DNA of 64,000 bases from an uncultured Bacteroidia bacterium (GTDB lineage Bacteria > Bacteroidota > Bacteroidia > Bacteroidales > ML635J-15): positions 9,198 through 73,197 of the forward strand of contig CADAXK010000008.1 of the NCBI GenBank assembly GCA_902791865.1. The letters run 5' to 3'. The notes beneath the pieces are model-generated. The model was not told where the DNA came from. It was given only the letters and a program-made list of their open reading frames with translations, and ran no database searches. The number at the start of each line of letters is the position of its first letter. Within the stretch, counting starts at the first letter, position 1. This document shows positions 1-9,700 of the stretch, in pieces. The position numbers and the translations under genes are program-made.

Positions 1-774
1 GCTGATTCCGAGGAATAAGGCCGTCATTGCTATCGGACAGCAAACAAACCAGTTAAACCCATTTAGCGATGCGTACATAATCCAGATGCCCCACCAGAAT
101 TGTATTTCTCCGAAATAATTTGGATGGCGGCCGTGTTTCCATAGTCCTACATTGCAGTATTGTCCGGGATGTGCGGCGCGAAAATCGTGAATCTGTTTGT
201 CGGCGATAAGTTGAATGGTTGCGGATGACAGGCAAATTATAAATCCAAGCCACGTCAGGATATTGGCCGATGCGCTTGTCTCATAAAGCATCAATCCTGG
301 TAGCATGGCGGCAAATACAACCAGAGTTGGCACCATGTTCAATCCAAAGAAATTGACAAGGTGGAAAAGGGCAGGATGCAAGTTGTTGCGGTACTGCGAG
401 TATCGCCAGTCTTCGTGTGCTATGCCGTGAAATGTAATCGCCCAGTTTCGTGTAAGGCGGAATCCCCAGTACCATGTTGCAATAAGTATAAGAATTACGG
501 GGAGCGACCAAATATGGGTGTAAAAGCACCAAAGTAGGAATGCGATTGGAGGAAAAACACTCCAATATGGATCGTAAACCGAGACGTTTTCGTATAGTAG
601 ACCGAATGCCCAGACAATAATGGTGGCCAGTATATCGGCATAGAAAAGTGCCAATAACGGAGAAATTTGTATGTCAACGAGTTTTACAAATAGAAGGGTG
701 CCAGCTAAAGCGCCAATGATATATATCGCAGTAATAAGTGCTATACTGCATGATCTTGAATAGTCGCGTTTCAT
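1..774 (-). CDS. Multi-pass membrane protein, DUF1295 / steroid-5-alpha-reductase-like (C-terminus runs off the window)
   Basis: Absent from the ORF track because it has no stop inside the window. The reverse strand from ATG 774-772 reads MKRDYSRSCSIALITAIYIIGALAG...GLWKHGRHPNYFGEIQFWWGIW, with the RHPNYFGE motif of this family. Track ORFs at 53-677 are out-of-frame shadows. Confidence 0.6.
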   Translation of the reverse strand, partial: MKRDYSRSCSIALITAIYIIGALAGTLLFVKLVDIQISPLLALFYADILATIIVWAFGLLYENVSVYDPYWSVFPPIAFLLWCFYTHIWSLPVILILIATWYWGFRLTRNWAITFHGIAHEDWRYSQYRNNLHPALFHLVNFFGLNMVPTLVVFAAMLPGLMLYETSASANILTWLGFIICLSSATIQLIADKQIHDFRAAHPGQYCNVGLWKHGRHPNYFGEIQFWWGIWIMYASLNGFNWFVCCPIAMTALFLGIS

Positions 775-819
775 GATAGAAAAATTTGTCGCAAAAATAC
801 GACTTTTCTGCAATACGGA

Positions 820-1410
820 CTAATTGTTCTTTAGCCTGTCAAATGGAAGCCAGTCGTTGTGTTCGGGAGCGACGAGTTTTTTATCAAAGGGAGCTTTGAA
901 TTTCTTGAACCATTTCCATGTCACCTCTTTGCCATCGTATTCGCATTCGTGAGTCATTTTGTCGGTTTCCAGATTGTACATCTGCATGTCGAATGCATGA
1001 TGAGCGATAGAACTGTTTTCGATGACGTAGTATGCCGAGAAGAATGCGCCAGTTCCTGCAGGTCCCGATGTACACAGCACATTCCCGCTTACAGATGCAA
1101 ACGACTTGAACCAAGTTGTGGCAATTATTTCGAGTTTGTCGTTGCCGTGGCAGAAGAAAGCGCCGTTTTCGCCGGCAGAGTCTTTTATCCAAAGTTCCTT
1201 TATGCCATCGCCGTCAAGGTCGATAAGTCCGTATTCGAATTTCATATTCTTGTCGTCGCTATATTCAAGTACTGGACATTCTTCGTTGAAAAGAGTTAGA
1301 ATCTCATCATAATGCTGTGAGTAGAACTGCTCATCGGCGTTCAATGTACTTTGTGCATTTAAGTAAGCCACAGCAAGGATAGCGACAAAAATCAGCACCA
1401 ACCTTTTCAT
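820..1410 (-). CDS. Hypothetical secreted protein
   Basis: The likely start is the internal Met (MKRLVLIFVAILAVAYLNAQ, a signal peptide). It abuts the stop of the upstream gene at 1412. Confidence 0.6.
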   Translation of the reverse strand: MKRLVLIFVAILAVAYLNAQSTLNADEQFYSQHYDEILTLFNEECPVLEYSDDKNMKFEYGLIDLDGDGIKELWIKDSAGENGAFFCHGNDKLEIIATTWFKSFASVSGNVLCTSGPAGTGAFFSAYYVIENSSIAHHAFDMQMYNLETDKMTHECEYDGKEVTWKWFKKFKAPFDKKLVAPEHNDWLPFDRLKNN

Positions 1411-1411
1411 A

Positions 1412-1912
1412 TTATTCCTCCTTTGGCATGCAAAGTTCACCGATAATTCTGTTTATCTCATGGAAAGGTGCATTTTCCGGCCATTTCATGTAACCGTGAG
1501 AGTCGAATCTCTTGTCGCCGAACCTAACCGACACCGACCAGTTGTCGCCATCGAAGACATCGGTGGCATAATAATCGCGTTCCCATTTTTGCACATTGGC
1601 ATCAACTAGCAGTTTGCCAACAGCAACAAGTTTTTCGCGTGGCACATCGCTTACTACATGTTCTTTGCAAGGAATTGTGTCGTCTATCATCATCCGGAAG
1701 TTGCATTCCTTTATGCTTGCTGTTATAACACCATCCTTTTCGTATATGCTATAGTCGTAGCGTTGTCCTGAATAGCCGTTTCCGACATGATACTGATAAA
1801 AAGTAAGGTCTTCGCCCTTTAGTCCGTCGCCACTAAAGCAGAACGACATGCATGCGCCCAGCATTGCAACAAGCACGACTGCTATAGTAGTGTACAAAAT
1901 CGCTTTTTTCAT
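1412..1912 (-). CDS. Hypothetical membrane-anchored or lipoprotein-like protein
   Basis: Hydrophobic N-terminus MKKAILYTTIAVVLVAMLGAC. Co-directional and adjacent to the 820-1410 gene. Confidence 0.6.
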   Translation of the reverse strand: MKKAILYTTIAVVLVAMLGACMSFCFSGDGLKGEDLTFYQYHVGNGYSGQRYDYSIYEKDGVITASIKECNFRMMIDDTIPCKEHVVSDVPREKLVAVGKLLVDANVQKWERDYYATDVFDGDNWSVSVRFGDKRFDSHGYMKWPENAPFHEINRIIGELCMPKEE

Positions 1913-2025
1913 ACAGCCATAGTTTATTATTGGTGCAAAGTTAATGAAAATTATTGGAGGTTGGCGAAGTTTTTTGGTTGAGAAGAAGACATTTATTAAA
2001 TGTGTATATTTTCAGAAAATATGAT

Positions 2026-2033
2026 TATATTTG
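2026..2033 (+). promoter_or_regulatory. Bacteroidetes -7 promoter box (TATATTTG = TAnnTTTG)
   Basis: Exact TAnnTTTG match 22 nt upstream of the ATG at 2055. Confidence 0.5.
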
Positions 2034-2054
2034 CAGATGTAAATATGTAACGTT

Positions 2055-3695
2055 ATGAGAAAAGTACTATTATCATTTTTGTCGTTGTTTTTTGTGCTTG
2101 TCGTCTATGCGCAAAACATTACTGTGTCGTTTACAGGAATTACGCAGAATGGCGAATACCAGAGGCTCGACAGTGTTGTAATTCACAACTATTCGCAGAG
2201 ATGGGACAGAACTGCCATATATCCTGACACCGTAATGGTTGCAATACTTAATGGAATTAATGGTTCTGTTGCAGATGCCGAAATGCTTTCATGTGCGCCG
2301 AATCCTTTTGATGGCGAAACCGATTTTGTTGTGAATTTACCTCAGGATGGTGCTGTTTCAATAAAAGTCTTTGATGTGTCGGGGCGTATGTTTGCCGAGT
2401 ATAATGGAAACGCAATGGCTGGTTCCAATATGTTTGGTATCAGTTTGTTGCTGCCAAATGTCTATTTTCTTTCAGTAACGTCAAACGGAACTACGTCCAC
2501 CATAAAGCTGATGAACATTGGTTCTGGCAATGCTGATCGTATTTGGAGCAAAGGCACAATGGCTAGCGAAAAGATTGTTGTCAGTGGTGATTTCAATCTT
2601 AACGATGTAATGAGATACACAGGCTATACTACATATAATGGTGTTCCGCGTACAAGTACGCCAGTGACTAAAGTGCAGACAGGAAGCGAGGACATATCTC
2701 TTGAATTTGATATTTTCCCTTGCCCACCTCCTTCGCTTACCGAAATAGATGTAGAAAGATGTGCTGCATATACATTGGGCGGCGAGACTTATACCGAAAG
2801 CGGAGATTATGTTTTGACATTACAAGATGTCCATGGCTGCGATAGCATTGTACTTTTGCATTTAACTATAACAAACAATGGCATTCCCGTGTATAGCGAG
2901 GTAGAGATAAATACCTGTGCCGACCCGTTTGTGTACAATGGTGTTACATATACCGAAAGTGGTGGCTATCAGCAGGTGTTTACATCGGCAAACGGTTGTG
3001 ACAGCATTGTACTATTGTGGTTGCATTTGGGAACTGGTGTGTATGACGAGCGTGATGGGAATTCGTACTGCTCCATTACTTTGGGCGAACAGGAGTGGCT
3101 CTCGGAAAATATGCGCTATCTGCCGAGTGTAAATTATCTGACTGATGCATCTGTCGCAGATGCGAGGTATTATGTATATGATTATGACGGTACGGATGTA
3201 AATGAAGCCAGAAATAATCCGAACTACAGCGAGTTTGGAGTTTTGTATAACTGGCGTGCTGCACAGACGGCCTGTCCTGCTGGTTGGCATTTGCCTAGCG
3301 ATGACGAATGGTCGCAGTTGGAGGTGTATTTGCAGAACAATGGCTTTAATTATGACGATTATATTGATACGGATAACGATAGGGAAACGCATAATGTAAT
3401 AGCTAAGTCGTTGGCATCGACTAGTGGTTGGGTTGATTCTGGAATAGTAAATACTCCAGGATGGTTGCAACCTAAGAACAATACAAGCAGTTTCAATGGT
3501 AAACCGGCAGGAATGAAAATTGCCACTTCTCATTTTCAATCAAAAGGGAATCATACTTGGTGGTGGACTTCTGATACAGAATATGGTGATTCTAATAGTG
3601 CGTGGGATAGGAGACTTAGATATGATTTGGAAGAGTTGAGCAAAACGCACAATCACAAGAGTGTTGGTGTTAGTGTAAGGTGTTTGCGAAATTAA
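2055..3695 (+). CDS. FISUMP (Fibrobacter succinogenes major paralogous) domain protein with an N-terminal extension
   Basis: Signal peptide. The C-terminal part has DGNSYCSITLGEQEWLSENMRYL...YNWRAAQTACPAGWHLPSDDEW...VRCLRN, typical of FISUMP. It also has an internal T9SS-CTD-like segment and two Cys-containing ...GCDSIVLL.L.. repeats. Confidence 0.8.
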   Translation: MRKVLLSFLSLFFVLVVYAQNITVSFTGITQNGEYQRLDSVVIHNYSQRWDRTAIYPDTVMVAILNGINGSVADAEMLSCAPNPFDGETDFVVNLPQDGAVSIKVFDVSGRMFAEYNGNAMAGSNMFGISLLLPNVYFLSVTSNGTTSTIKLMNIGSGNADRIWSKGTMASEKIVVSGDFNLNDVMRYTGYTTYNGVPRTSTPVTKVQTGSEDISLEFDIFPCPPPSLTEIDVERCAAYTLGGETYTESGDYVLTLQDVHGCDSIVLLHLTITNNGIPVYSEVEINTCADPFVYNGVTYTESGGYQQVFTSANGCDSIVLLWLHLGTGVYDERDGNSYCSITLGEQEWLSENMRYLPSVNYLTDASVADARYYVYDYDGTDVNEARNNPNYSEFGVLYNWRAAQTACPAGWHLPSDDEWSQLEVYLQNNGFNYDDYIDTDNDRETHNVIAKSLASTSGWVDSGIVNTPGWLQPKNNTSSFNGKPAGMKIATSHFQSKGNHTWWWTSDTEYGDSNSAWDRRLRYDLEELSKTHNHKSVGVSVRCLRN

Positions 3696-3718
3696 TTTGT
3701 TGATAATAATTGTAGATT

Positions 3719-5362
3719 ATGAAAAAGATAACTTTGATATTGTCTGGTTTGTTGCTTGTGGTTGTTTCATTTGCACAGGATATAGTGATTTCGTTTACAG
3801 GTGTAAATGCCAATGGCGGTTACCAAAGACTCGATAGTGTTGTAATTCATAACTATTCTCAAGGATGGGAGCGTACTGCCGTTTATCCCGATACCACGAT
3901 GATTGCAAGAATTACTGACATTGAGAATCATAGCATTGACAATTATATGCTATCATCAAACGTACCTAATCCGTTTGATGGGAAAACCGAATTTGAACTC
4001 TCTGTACATGAGGTTGGCAATGTTTTTGTGTCAGTATGCGATATGGCAGGACGAAATTATGCAAGTTTTGACGGAAATCTTGATGCTGGAATACATCGTT
4101 TCGAAGTTGTGCTTTCTGAACCAAAGGTTTATGTACTGTCGGCTATTGTCAATGGCATGACGAGTTCCATCAAGATGGTAAATCTTGGCCATGGCAATGC
4201 AAATGCAATTGTTCATAAAGGCTATTCTGCTGAAAGTAAGATTGTCGTCAGTGGCGATTTCAATCTTAACGATGTGATGAAATACATAGGATATGCAACA
4301 TATAATGGTGTGTTGAACACAAGTGCGCCGGTGACAAAAGTGCAGACAGGAAGCGAGAACATATCGCTTGAATTTGATATTGTAGATTGTTCAACACCTT
4401 CGCTTACAGAAATTAATGTTGAAAGATGTTTAGCATATACTTTGGGCGGTGAAACTTATACAGAAAGTGGCGATTATGTTCAGACTTTGCAAGATGTCAA
4501 TGGTTGCGATAGCGTTGTACTTTTGCATTTAACTATTACTAACAATGGTATTCCCGTGTATAGTGAGGTAGAGATAAATACCTGTGCCGATCCGTTTGTT
4601 TACAATGGTGTTACATATACAGAAAGCGGAGGCTATCAGCAGGTGCTTACTGCTGCAAATGGCTGCGACAGCATTGTTCTGTTGTGGTTGCATTTGGGTT
4701 CTGGAGTGTATGACGAGCGCGATGGAAATTCATATTGCTCCATTATGATTGGAGAACAGGAATGGCTGGCAGAAAATATGCGTTATTTGCCGAGTGTAAA
4801 TTTTTATAGTGATGCTTCAGTTGTTGATGCTAAATATTATGTGTATGGATACGATGGGGAGGATGTTGAGACCGCAAAAGAGAATCCGAATTATGCAGAA
4901 TATGGAGCATGGTACAATTGGAAGGCTGCTCTGACGGCATGTCCTGCAGGATGGCATTTGCCTAGTGATGACGAATGGACTGAACTTGAAGTATATCTTC
5001 AGAACAATGGCTATAATTTTGATGATTATATTGATACAGATAGCGATAGGGAAACGCATAATGTAATTGCAAAGTCGCTGGCATCGACTAGTGGCTGGGT
5101 GGAATCTGATGTTGAGAACTCTCCAGGATGGTTGCAGCCTAAGAACAATACAAGCAGTTTTAATGGGAAACCTGCTGGTCATAGATGGGTCGATTCCCAA
5201 TTTATGGGAATTGGCCTATATGGTTTTTGGTGGTCTTCTACAACTCAGTCCGGTGATAATAACAGTGCATGGGATAGAAAGATACATAATGATAGTGTCG
5301 CAATGGGAAAGACACGCAATAGCAAAACGCTTGGTTTTAGTGTAAGGTGTTTGCGAAATTAA
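3719..5362 (+). CDS. FISUMP domain protein, tandem paralog of 2055-3695
   Basis: Same architecture as its neighbour. The central part is near-identical at the nucleotide level, while the N-terminal part and extreme C-terminal part have diverged. Confidence 0.8.
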   Translation: MKKITLILSGLLLVVVSFAQDIVISFTGVNANGGYQRLDSVVIHNYSQGWERTAVYPDTTMIARITDIENHSIDNYMLSSNVPNPFDGKTEFELSVHEVGNVFVSVCDMAGRNYASFDGNLDAGIHRFEVVLSEPKVYVLSAIVNGMTSSIKMVNLGHGNANAIVHKGYSAESKIVVSGDFNLNDVMKYIGYATYNGVLNTSAPVTKVQTGSENISLEFDIVDCSTPSLTEINVERCLAYTLGGETYTESGDYVQTLQDVNGCDSVVLLHLTITNNGIPVYSEVEINTCADPFVYNGVTYTESGGYQQVLTAANGCDSIVLLWLHLGSGVYDERDGNSYCSIMIGEQEWLAENMRYLPSVNFYSDASVVDAKYYVYGYDGEDVETAKENPNYAEYGAWYNWKAALTACPAGWHLPSDDEWTELEVYLQNNGYNFDDYIDTDSDRETHNVIAKSLASTSGWVESDVENSPGWLQPKNNTSSFNGKPAGHRWVDSQFMGIGLYGFWWSSTTQSGDNNSAWDRKIHNDSVAMGKTRNSKTLGFSVRCLRN

Positions 5363-5499
5363 ATCTTCTGATATTGTTTGTATTTTGTCTTTTCGGCTCA
5401 ATCGGATGCCTTTTTCTTCTTTTTAGGTGCATGAGAGTGCCGATAATGTCATATATTGGGGCAAATTTGAGCCGATTTGTTTATTCAGTAAAACTTTAT

Positions 5500-5507
5500 T
5501 AATTTTG
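5500..5507 (+). promoter_or_regulatory. Bacteroidetes -7 promoter box (TAATTTTG)
   Basis: TAnnTTTG match about 29 nt upstream of the ATG at 5536. Confidence 0.45.
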
Positions 5508-5535
5508 CAAGTTATTTTACAAGCCTAAAAGGTAT

Positions 5536-6141
5536 ATGTCGAAAATAAAATTCATATTCGATTTAGACGGGACGATAACTTCCGAGGAAACTTTGCCCTT
5601 GATGGCAAAGCATTTCAATGTGCAGGAGGAAATCGAACAGCTTACACGCGAGACCATACAGGGCGACATTCCGTTTGTGGAAAGCTTTATACGTCGCGTT
5701 TTCATACTTGGTAAACTGCCCGTCGATGAGGTTGCTAATTTGTTGGAAAATGTAAATATGTATCCGGAACTTGTTGGCTTTATCCGTGAACACAAGGAAC
5801 AGTGCGTTGTTGCAACGGGAAACTTGCTTTGCTGGTCGGAAAAGTTGCTTGCTAGACTTGGTTGCGAGGCTTATTGCTCCGATGCTATTGTCGAGAACAA
5901 CAAAGTTGTAAAGCTGACTAAAATTCTGCGCAAGGAAGTCGTGGTGGAGAAGTATCAGGAAGAAGGATACAAAGTTGTTTACATCGGCGACGGCAACAAC
6001 GACATGGAAGCTATGCGTGTGGCCGATGTGGCAATAGCGGTAGGAATGACGCACTCTCCGTCGAAGAGTATTTTGCCTATAACTAATTATTTGATTTTTA
6101 ATGAGAAAGCCTTATGTCGTCAGTTAAATCAGTTGTTATAA
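5536..6141 (+). CDS. HAD-superfamily phosphatase (subfamily IB, phosphoserine-phosphatase-like)
   Basis: Carries FDLDGTIT (DxDxT) and GDGNNDMEAM motifs. Confidence 0.8.
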   Translation: MSKIKFIFDLDGTITSEETLPLMAKHFNVQEEIEQLTRETIQGDIPFVESFIRRVFILGKLPVDEVANLLENVNMYPELVGFIREHKEQCVVATGNLLCWSEKLLARLGCEAYCSDAIVENNKVVKLTKILRKEVVVEKYQEEGYKVVYIGDGNNDMEAMRVADVAIAVGMTHSPSKSILPITNYLIFNEKALCRQLNQLL

Positions 6142-6746
6142 GTTGTGCGGGAATAGGTTCGCGTCTCGGATTGGGGCAGACAAAGGCCTTGATTAAGATA
6201 AATGGCAAGTCGTTGATTGCATGGCAGTTGGAACTGTTTAAGGATGTCGAGGATGTTCGTATTGTCATCGGCTATCAGGCAAACGACATAATAGAGGAGG
6301 TGCTGAAGCACAGGAAAGATGTGGTGTTTGTTTACAATCACCGTTATTTTGAGACAAAGACTGGTGCAAGTTTCTATCTGGGTGCTGTCGATGCAAAGGA
6401 ATATGTGCTTGAATGGGACGGCGACCTGCTTGTTCACCCCGACGATGTGAAGAAAATCTTAGCCACCGATGGCGAATTTATCTGCTATGCCGACAAGAGT
6501 TCCGACGAGGCTGTGTTTGTGCAGACCGACGAGAACGGCGATGTGCTTGCCTTTTCGCGCGAGACTGGCGACTACGAATGGACTGGCCCGGCCTGCATAA
6601 TGAAGCGCAAGGTGCAATATTCGTCGGGTAATGTGTTCAACCAGCTCGAGCCTTATCTGCCAATGAAGGGAATAAAAGTAAGAGCTTACGACATAGATAC
6701 TTACGATGATTATAAGAGAGTAATGGAAATAACAAAGAACTGGTAG
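6114..6746 (+). CDS. Nucleotidyltransferase (LicC/MobA-like NTP transferase)
   Basis: N-terminal VVISCAGIGSRLGLGQTKALIKINGKSLI matches the G-x-G-x-R-L NTP-transferase signature. It overlaps the HAD gene by 28 nt. Confidence 0.7.
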   Translation: MSSVKSVVISCAGIGSRLGLGQTKALIKINGKSLIAWQLELFKDVEDVRIVIGYQANDIIEEVLKHRKDVVFVYNHRYFETKTGASFYLGAVDAKEYVLEWDGDLLVHPDDVKKILATDGEFICYADKSSDEAVFVQTDENGDVLAFSRETGDYEWTGPACIMKRKVQYSSGNVFNQLEPYLPMKGIKVRAYDIDTYDDYKRVMEITKNW

Positions 6747-6748
6747 TT

Positions 6749-7468
6749 ATGGTTGTTGGCGTAATAGGAGCGGCAGGAGTAGCGGCTACAAACAAGCTTT
6801 GCGAATTAATCGAGGTGAAATATACTAGAAATGGCGCTTTTCGCGATTGTCATCACCCCGAAATGATTATTTACCAGGCTACACAGGCTCCATCAAGAAG
6901 CATGTACCTCGAAGGGAAAGGTCCCAGTTTTATAGATGACTATGTGAATGTAGGAATCAAACTGAAAAATGCTGGTGCCGAAACAATTTGCATGTGCTGC
7001 AATACAGCTCATTATGCCTTGCCGGAAATAGAAAGCAAGGTTGGCGTGAAATTCATAAACCTTATAGAGGAAGTCGCTTTGAAATGTAAGCAATCTGGAG
7101 CAAAAAAGGTTGGACTTGTAGCTTCCGACGGCTGCCTTGGCGGAAAGGTTTATGAGCGTTACTTCGCCGAAATTTGTTCCGATGTGGAACTGGTTTATCC
7201 CGATGCTGATGTGCAGAAAAATGTTACTAAAGGAATCTGTAATGTAAAGAATATGCATAGGTTTGATGCTTTGGATTCGCCAGAAAGACCGGCTAGGATA
7301 TTTGAGGAAGTCCGCGCTCATTTGCTTGAAAAAGGTTGCGATATTGTTGTGATGGGTTGTACAGACATAAGGGTGGATTATCATTCTGACGGTGCAAATG
7401 TTATTGATTCACTTGAGGTTCTTGCAGACAAGATATACGATTTGACAAAAGATTACTATGGAAAATAA
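6749..7468 (+). CDS. Aspartate/glutamate racemase family protein
   Basis: Two catalytic-Cys motifs, CCNTAHY and MGCTD, at the spacing typical of Asp/Glu racemases. Confidence 0.75.
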   Translation: MVVGVIGAAGVAATNKLCELIEVKYTRNGAFRDCHHPEMIIYQATQAPSRSMYLEGKGPSFIDDYVNVGIKLKNAGAETICMCCNTAHYALPEIESKVGVKFINLIEEVALKCKQSGAKKVGLVASDGCLGGKVYERYFAEICSDVELVYPDADVQKNVTKGICNVKNMHRFDALDSPERPARIFEEVRAHLLEKGCDIVVMGCTDIRVDYHSDGANVIDSLEVLADKIYDLTKDYYGK

Positions 7469-8096
7469 GGAAGCATTGGATTTTTTTGAGCGCATGTCTC
7501 AAAATACAAACGACCAGAAGTCGGTAAAACTTGCAAATGCAAGCGACTTTTCGCAGATGGATGCTGATTTTATTTTGAAATACAGCAACGCTAATACTGA
7601 GATACTTGACTTGGGTAGCGGAACAGGATTGGTAGTTAATAAAATTTACGACAAGGTTAAGCGAATTGTTGCGGTTGAGCCTTTTGAGTCGTTTACAAAA
7701 TTCATAGTAAAATCTTCCAATGTTGAAATTGTAAATCATACATTCGATGACTACACTCCAAGCGATAGCCTTTTCGATTTGATTACCATATTCGGAACCA
7801 TGCATTATTTCAACGAGGAAGAATCAGTGAAGATTTACACCAAGTATTTCGGTAATCTTAAGAAAGGTGGTAAAATAATTATAAAGAACCAGTTTGGTGT
7901 AACAGAGGATGTTACTGTTGAAGGTTATTCAGAAGAACAGAAAACCAACTATTTTGCACAGTACAGGTATATCGACAAGGAAGTGGCTAATTTGAAGAAA
8001 ATAGGATATTGCAATATTGAAGTTGCTGATATTTATCCGCCCGAGTGCAATAGGTGGACGAATACTCATTTCTACGCACTAGTGGCAGAAAAATAA
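7458..8096 (+). CDS. Class I SAM-dependent methyltransferase
   Basis: Motif I, ILDLGSGTGLVV, followed by VAVEP. Confidence 0.75.
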   Translation: MENKEALDFFERMSQNTNDQKSVKLANASDFSQMDADFILKYSNANTEILDLGSGTGLVVNKIYDKVKRIVAVEPFESFTKFIVKSSNVEIVNHTFDDYTPSDSLFDLITIFGTMHYFNEEESVKIYTKYFGNLKKGGKIIIKNQFGVTEDVTVEGYSEEQKTNYFAQYRYIDKEVANLKKIGYCNIEVADIYPPECNRWTNTHFYALVAEK

Positions 8097-8106
8097 AACT
8101 GATGCT

Positions 8107-8802
8107 ATGAGAAAATTTTTAGTGAAGATTGCTTCTGCCTTGGGCATATACAAGTTTATCGTAAAGAAAGCGAACAAATATATCGAAAAGAAGGAAGCCA
8201 AGGCGATAAAGGAAAGAGGTATTGATGTCCTTGCAAAAGTAGATGCAATGATGCGCGAGCGCAATATCAAGGTGTTTTTCTGCTTTGGACTTTTGCTTGG
8301 CGCATATCGTGAAAAAGGATTCATTCCGTACGATTTCGACATTGACCTTGGTATGCTCGCTTCCGAACGCCCTGATAACATCATCGATATATTCAAGGAA
8401 AATGGCTTTACTTTTTTAAAGCAGTCGTATATCAAATCAAATGGACGCATTACAATTGACCAGTTCAAATACGATGGTGTTCCTATTGACATATATTACT
8501 ATTATGACTTTGACGAACAAAGAATAGCTTGCAGTCCCCCGCGAAAGCACGAATTCAAGGATTGGCGTACGGCAAATGAAACCGATGGATTTCCAACTTT
8601 TATTTTCCCAGTACAGAGAACTGAATTTGAGGAAGTGGAATTCCTTGGACATAAATTCTACATGGCAGCAAAAGCTGAATCATGGCTTCGCGACATTTAT
8701 GGCGAGGACTTTATGACTCCAGTGAGAGAATGGACGGAAAAAACTCGGAAAACTTGTATCATTGCATCACCTGAGCGTCAGTACAGGCGGCTTGATTTGT
8801 AG
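8107..8802 (+). CDS. LicD-family phosphotransferase (phospho-substituent transfer to glycans)
   Basis: LLGAYREKGFIPYDFDIDLGM resembles the LicD core LLGAVRHxGFIPWDDDIDI. Confidence 0.65.
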   Translation: MRKFLVKIASALGIYKFIVKKANKYIEKKEAKAIKERGIDVLAKVDAMMRERNIKVFFCFGLLLGAYREKGFIPYDFDIDLGMLASERPDNIIDIFKENGFTFLKQSYIKSNGRITIDQFKYDGVPIDIYYYYDFDEQRIACSPPRKHEFKDWRTANETDGFPTFIFPVQRTEFEEVEFLGHKFYMAAKAESWLRDIYGEDFMTPVREWTEKTRKTCIIASPERQYRRLDL

Positions 8803-9700
8803 CTGTCCTTAATCCTTTGCTTACATTCTTCCTGAACTTCAGCATTATCTTCGCAGTGTAGGGTCTGAATGTTAGTGTATAATATGTTGCAAGCACTAGC
8901 GTTCCACACCATTTTACAAATTCTTGAAAATGACGCTTGTGCAGGCTTCGCTTTCCTGTGGAAGTGCAGCGTATTTGTTCGCTGATGCCAACGCCTAAGC
9001 CAACCCGCTCTATATATTCTTCCGTTGTACGCGATTCGGGGATTATGTGTTCTATTTCAACATCGGGGAAATAGTAGATTCCCATTTCCAAACCTTTGAT
9101 TTTAATAAAAATGTCCTTTTCTTCGCCACCGAGAAGAATGTTCCCAGTGCGACCAAGTTCGGTGTTGAAATAACCGCTTTTTTCGAGGCATTGCCTTCTG
9201 AAGCCCATGTTTGCACCAATCGGGTACTTGCGTTTGCCGTATTTTTGCGTCTTGTCGGGACAATTGGTTGCCGAAATCAACGAATACATCCAGCGGTTAA
9301 GCCACTTGGGCGGATGTCCTGCTTCGAATCGTGGCGTTATTTTTCCGCCGAAAGCCATCAGGTCCGGCGTATTGTCGAGGTTTGACCTTAGATTTTTAAG
9401 GTAATCTGACTTTACGACAACATCGTCGTCAAGAAAGACAAGAATGTCGCCATTGCTTTCGGCTATGCCCTTGTTGCGGGCAAACGAAAGTCCTTGCTTG
9501 CTTTCGGTGCAGTACCTTAAATTGACATCGGGGAAATTCGCTACAAACTGTTGGCATTTTTCTTCGGTGTCGTCGGTGCTGTTGTTGTTTACGAGTATGA
9601 TTTCGTATTCGTTGCAGGGAAAGTCGTTGCTGGCGATGCTTGCAAGGGCATCGTATAGGTACTTGGCTCGGTTGTATGTGCAGACGATTATCGAAATCAT
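8759..9700 (-). CDS. Glycosyltransferase family 2
   Basis: ISIIVCTYNRAKYL..., LVNNNSTDDT and FLDDD motifs. Confidence 0.85.
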   Translation of the reverse strand: MISIIVCTYNRAKYLYDALASIASNDFPCNEYEIILVNNNSTDDTEEKCQQFVANFPDVNLRYCTESKQGLSFARNKGIAESNGDILVFLDDDVVVKSDYLKNLRSNLDNTPDLMAFGGKITPRFEAGHPPKWLNRWMYSLISATNCPDKTQKYGKRKYPIGANMGFRRQCLEKSGYFNTELGRTGNILLGGEEKDIFIKIKGLEMGIYYFPDVEIEHIIPESRTTEEYIERVGLGVGISEQIRCTSTGKRSLHKRHFQEFVKWCGTLVLATYYTLTFRPYTAKIMLKFRKNVSKGLRTATNQAACTDAQVMQ

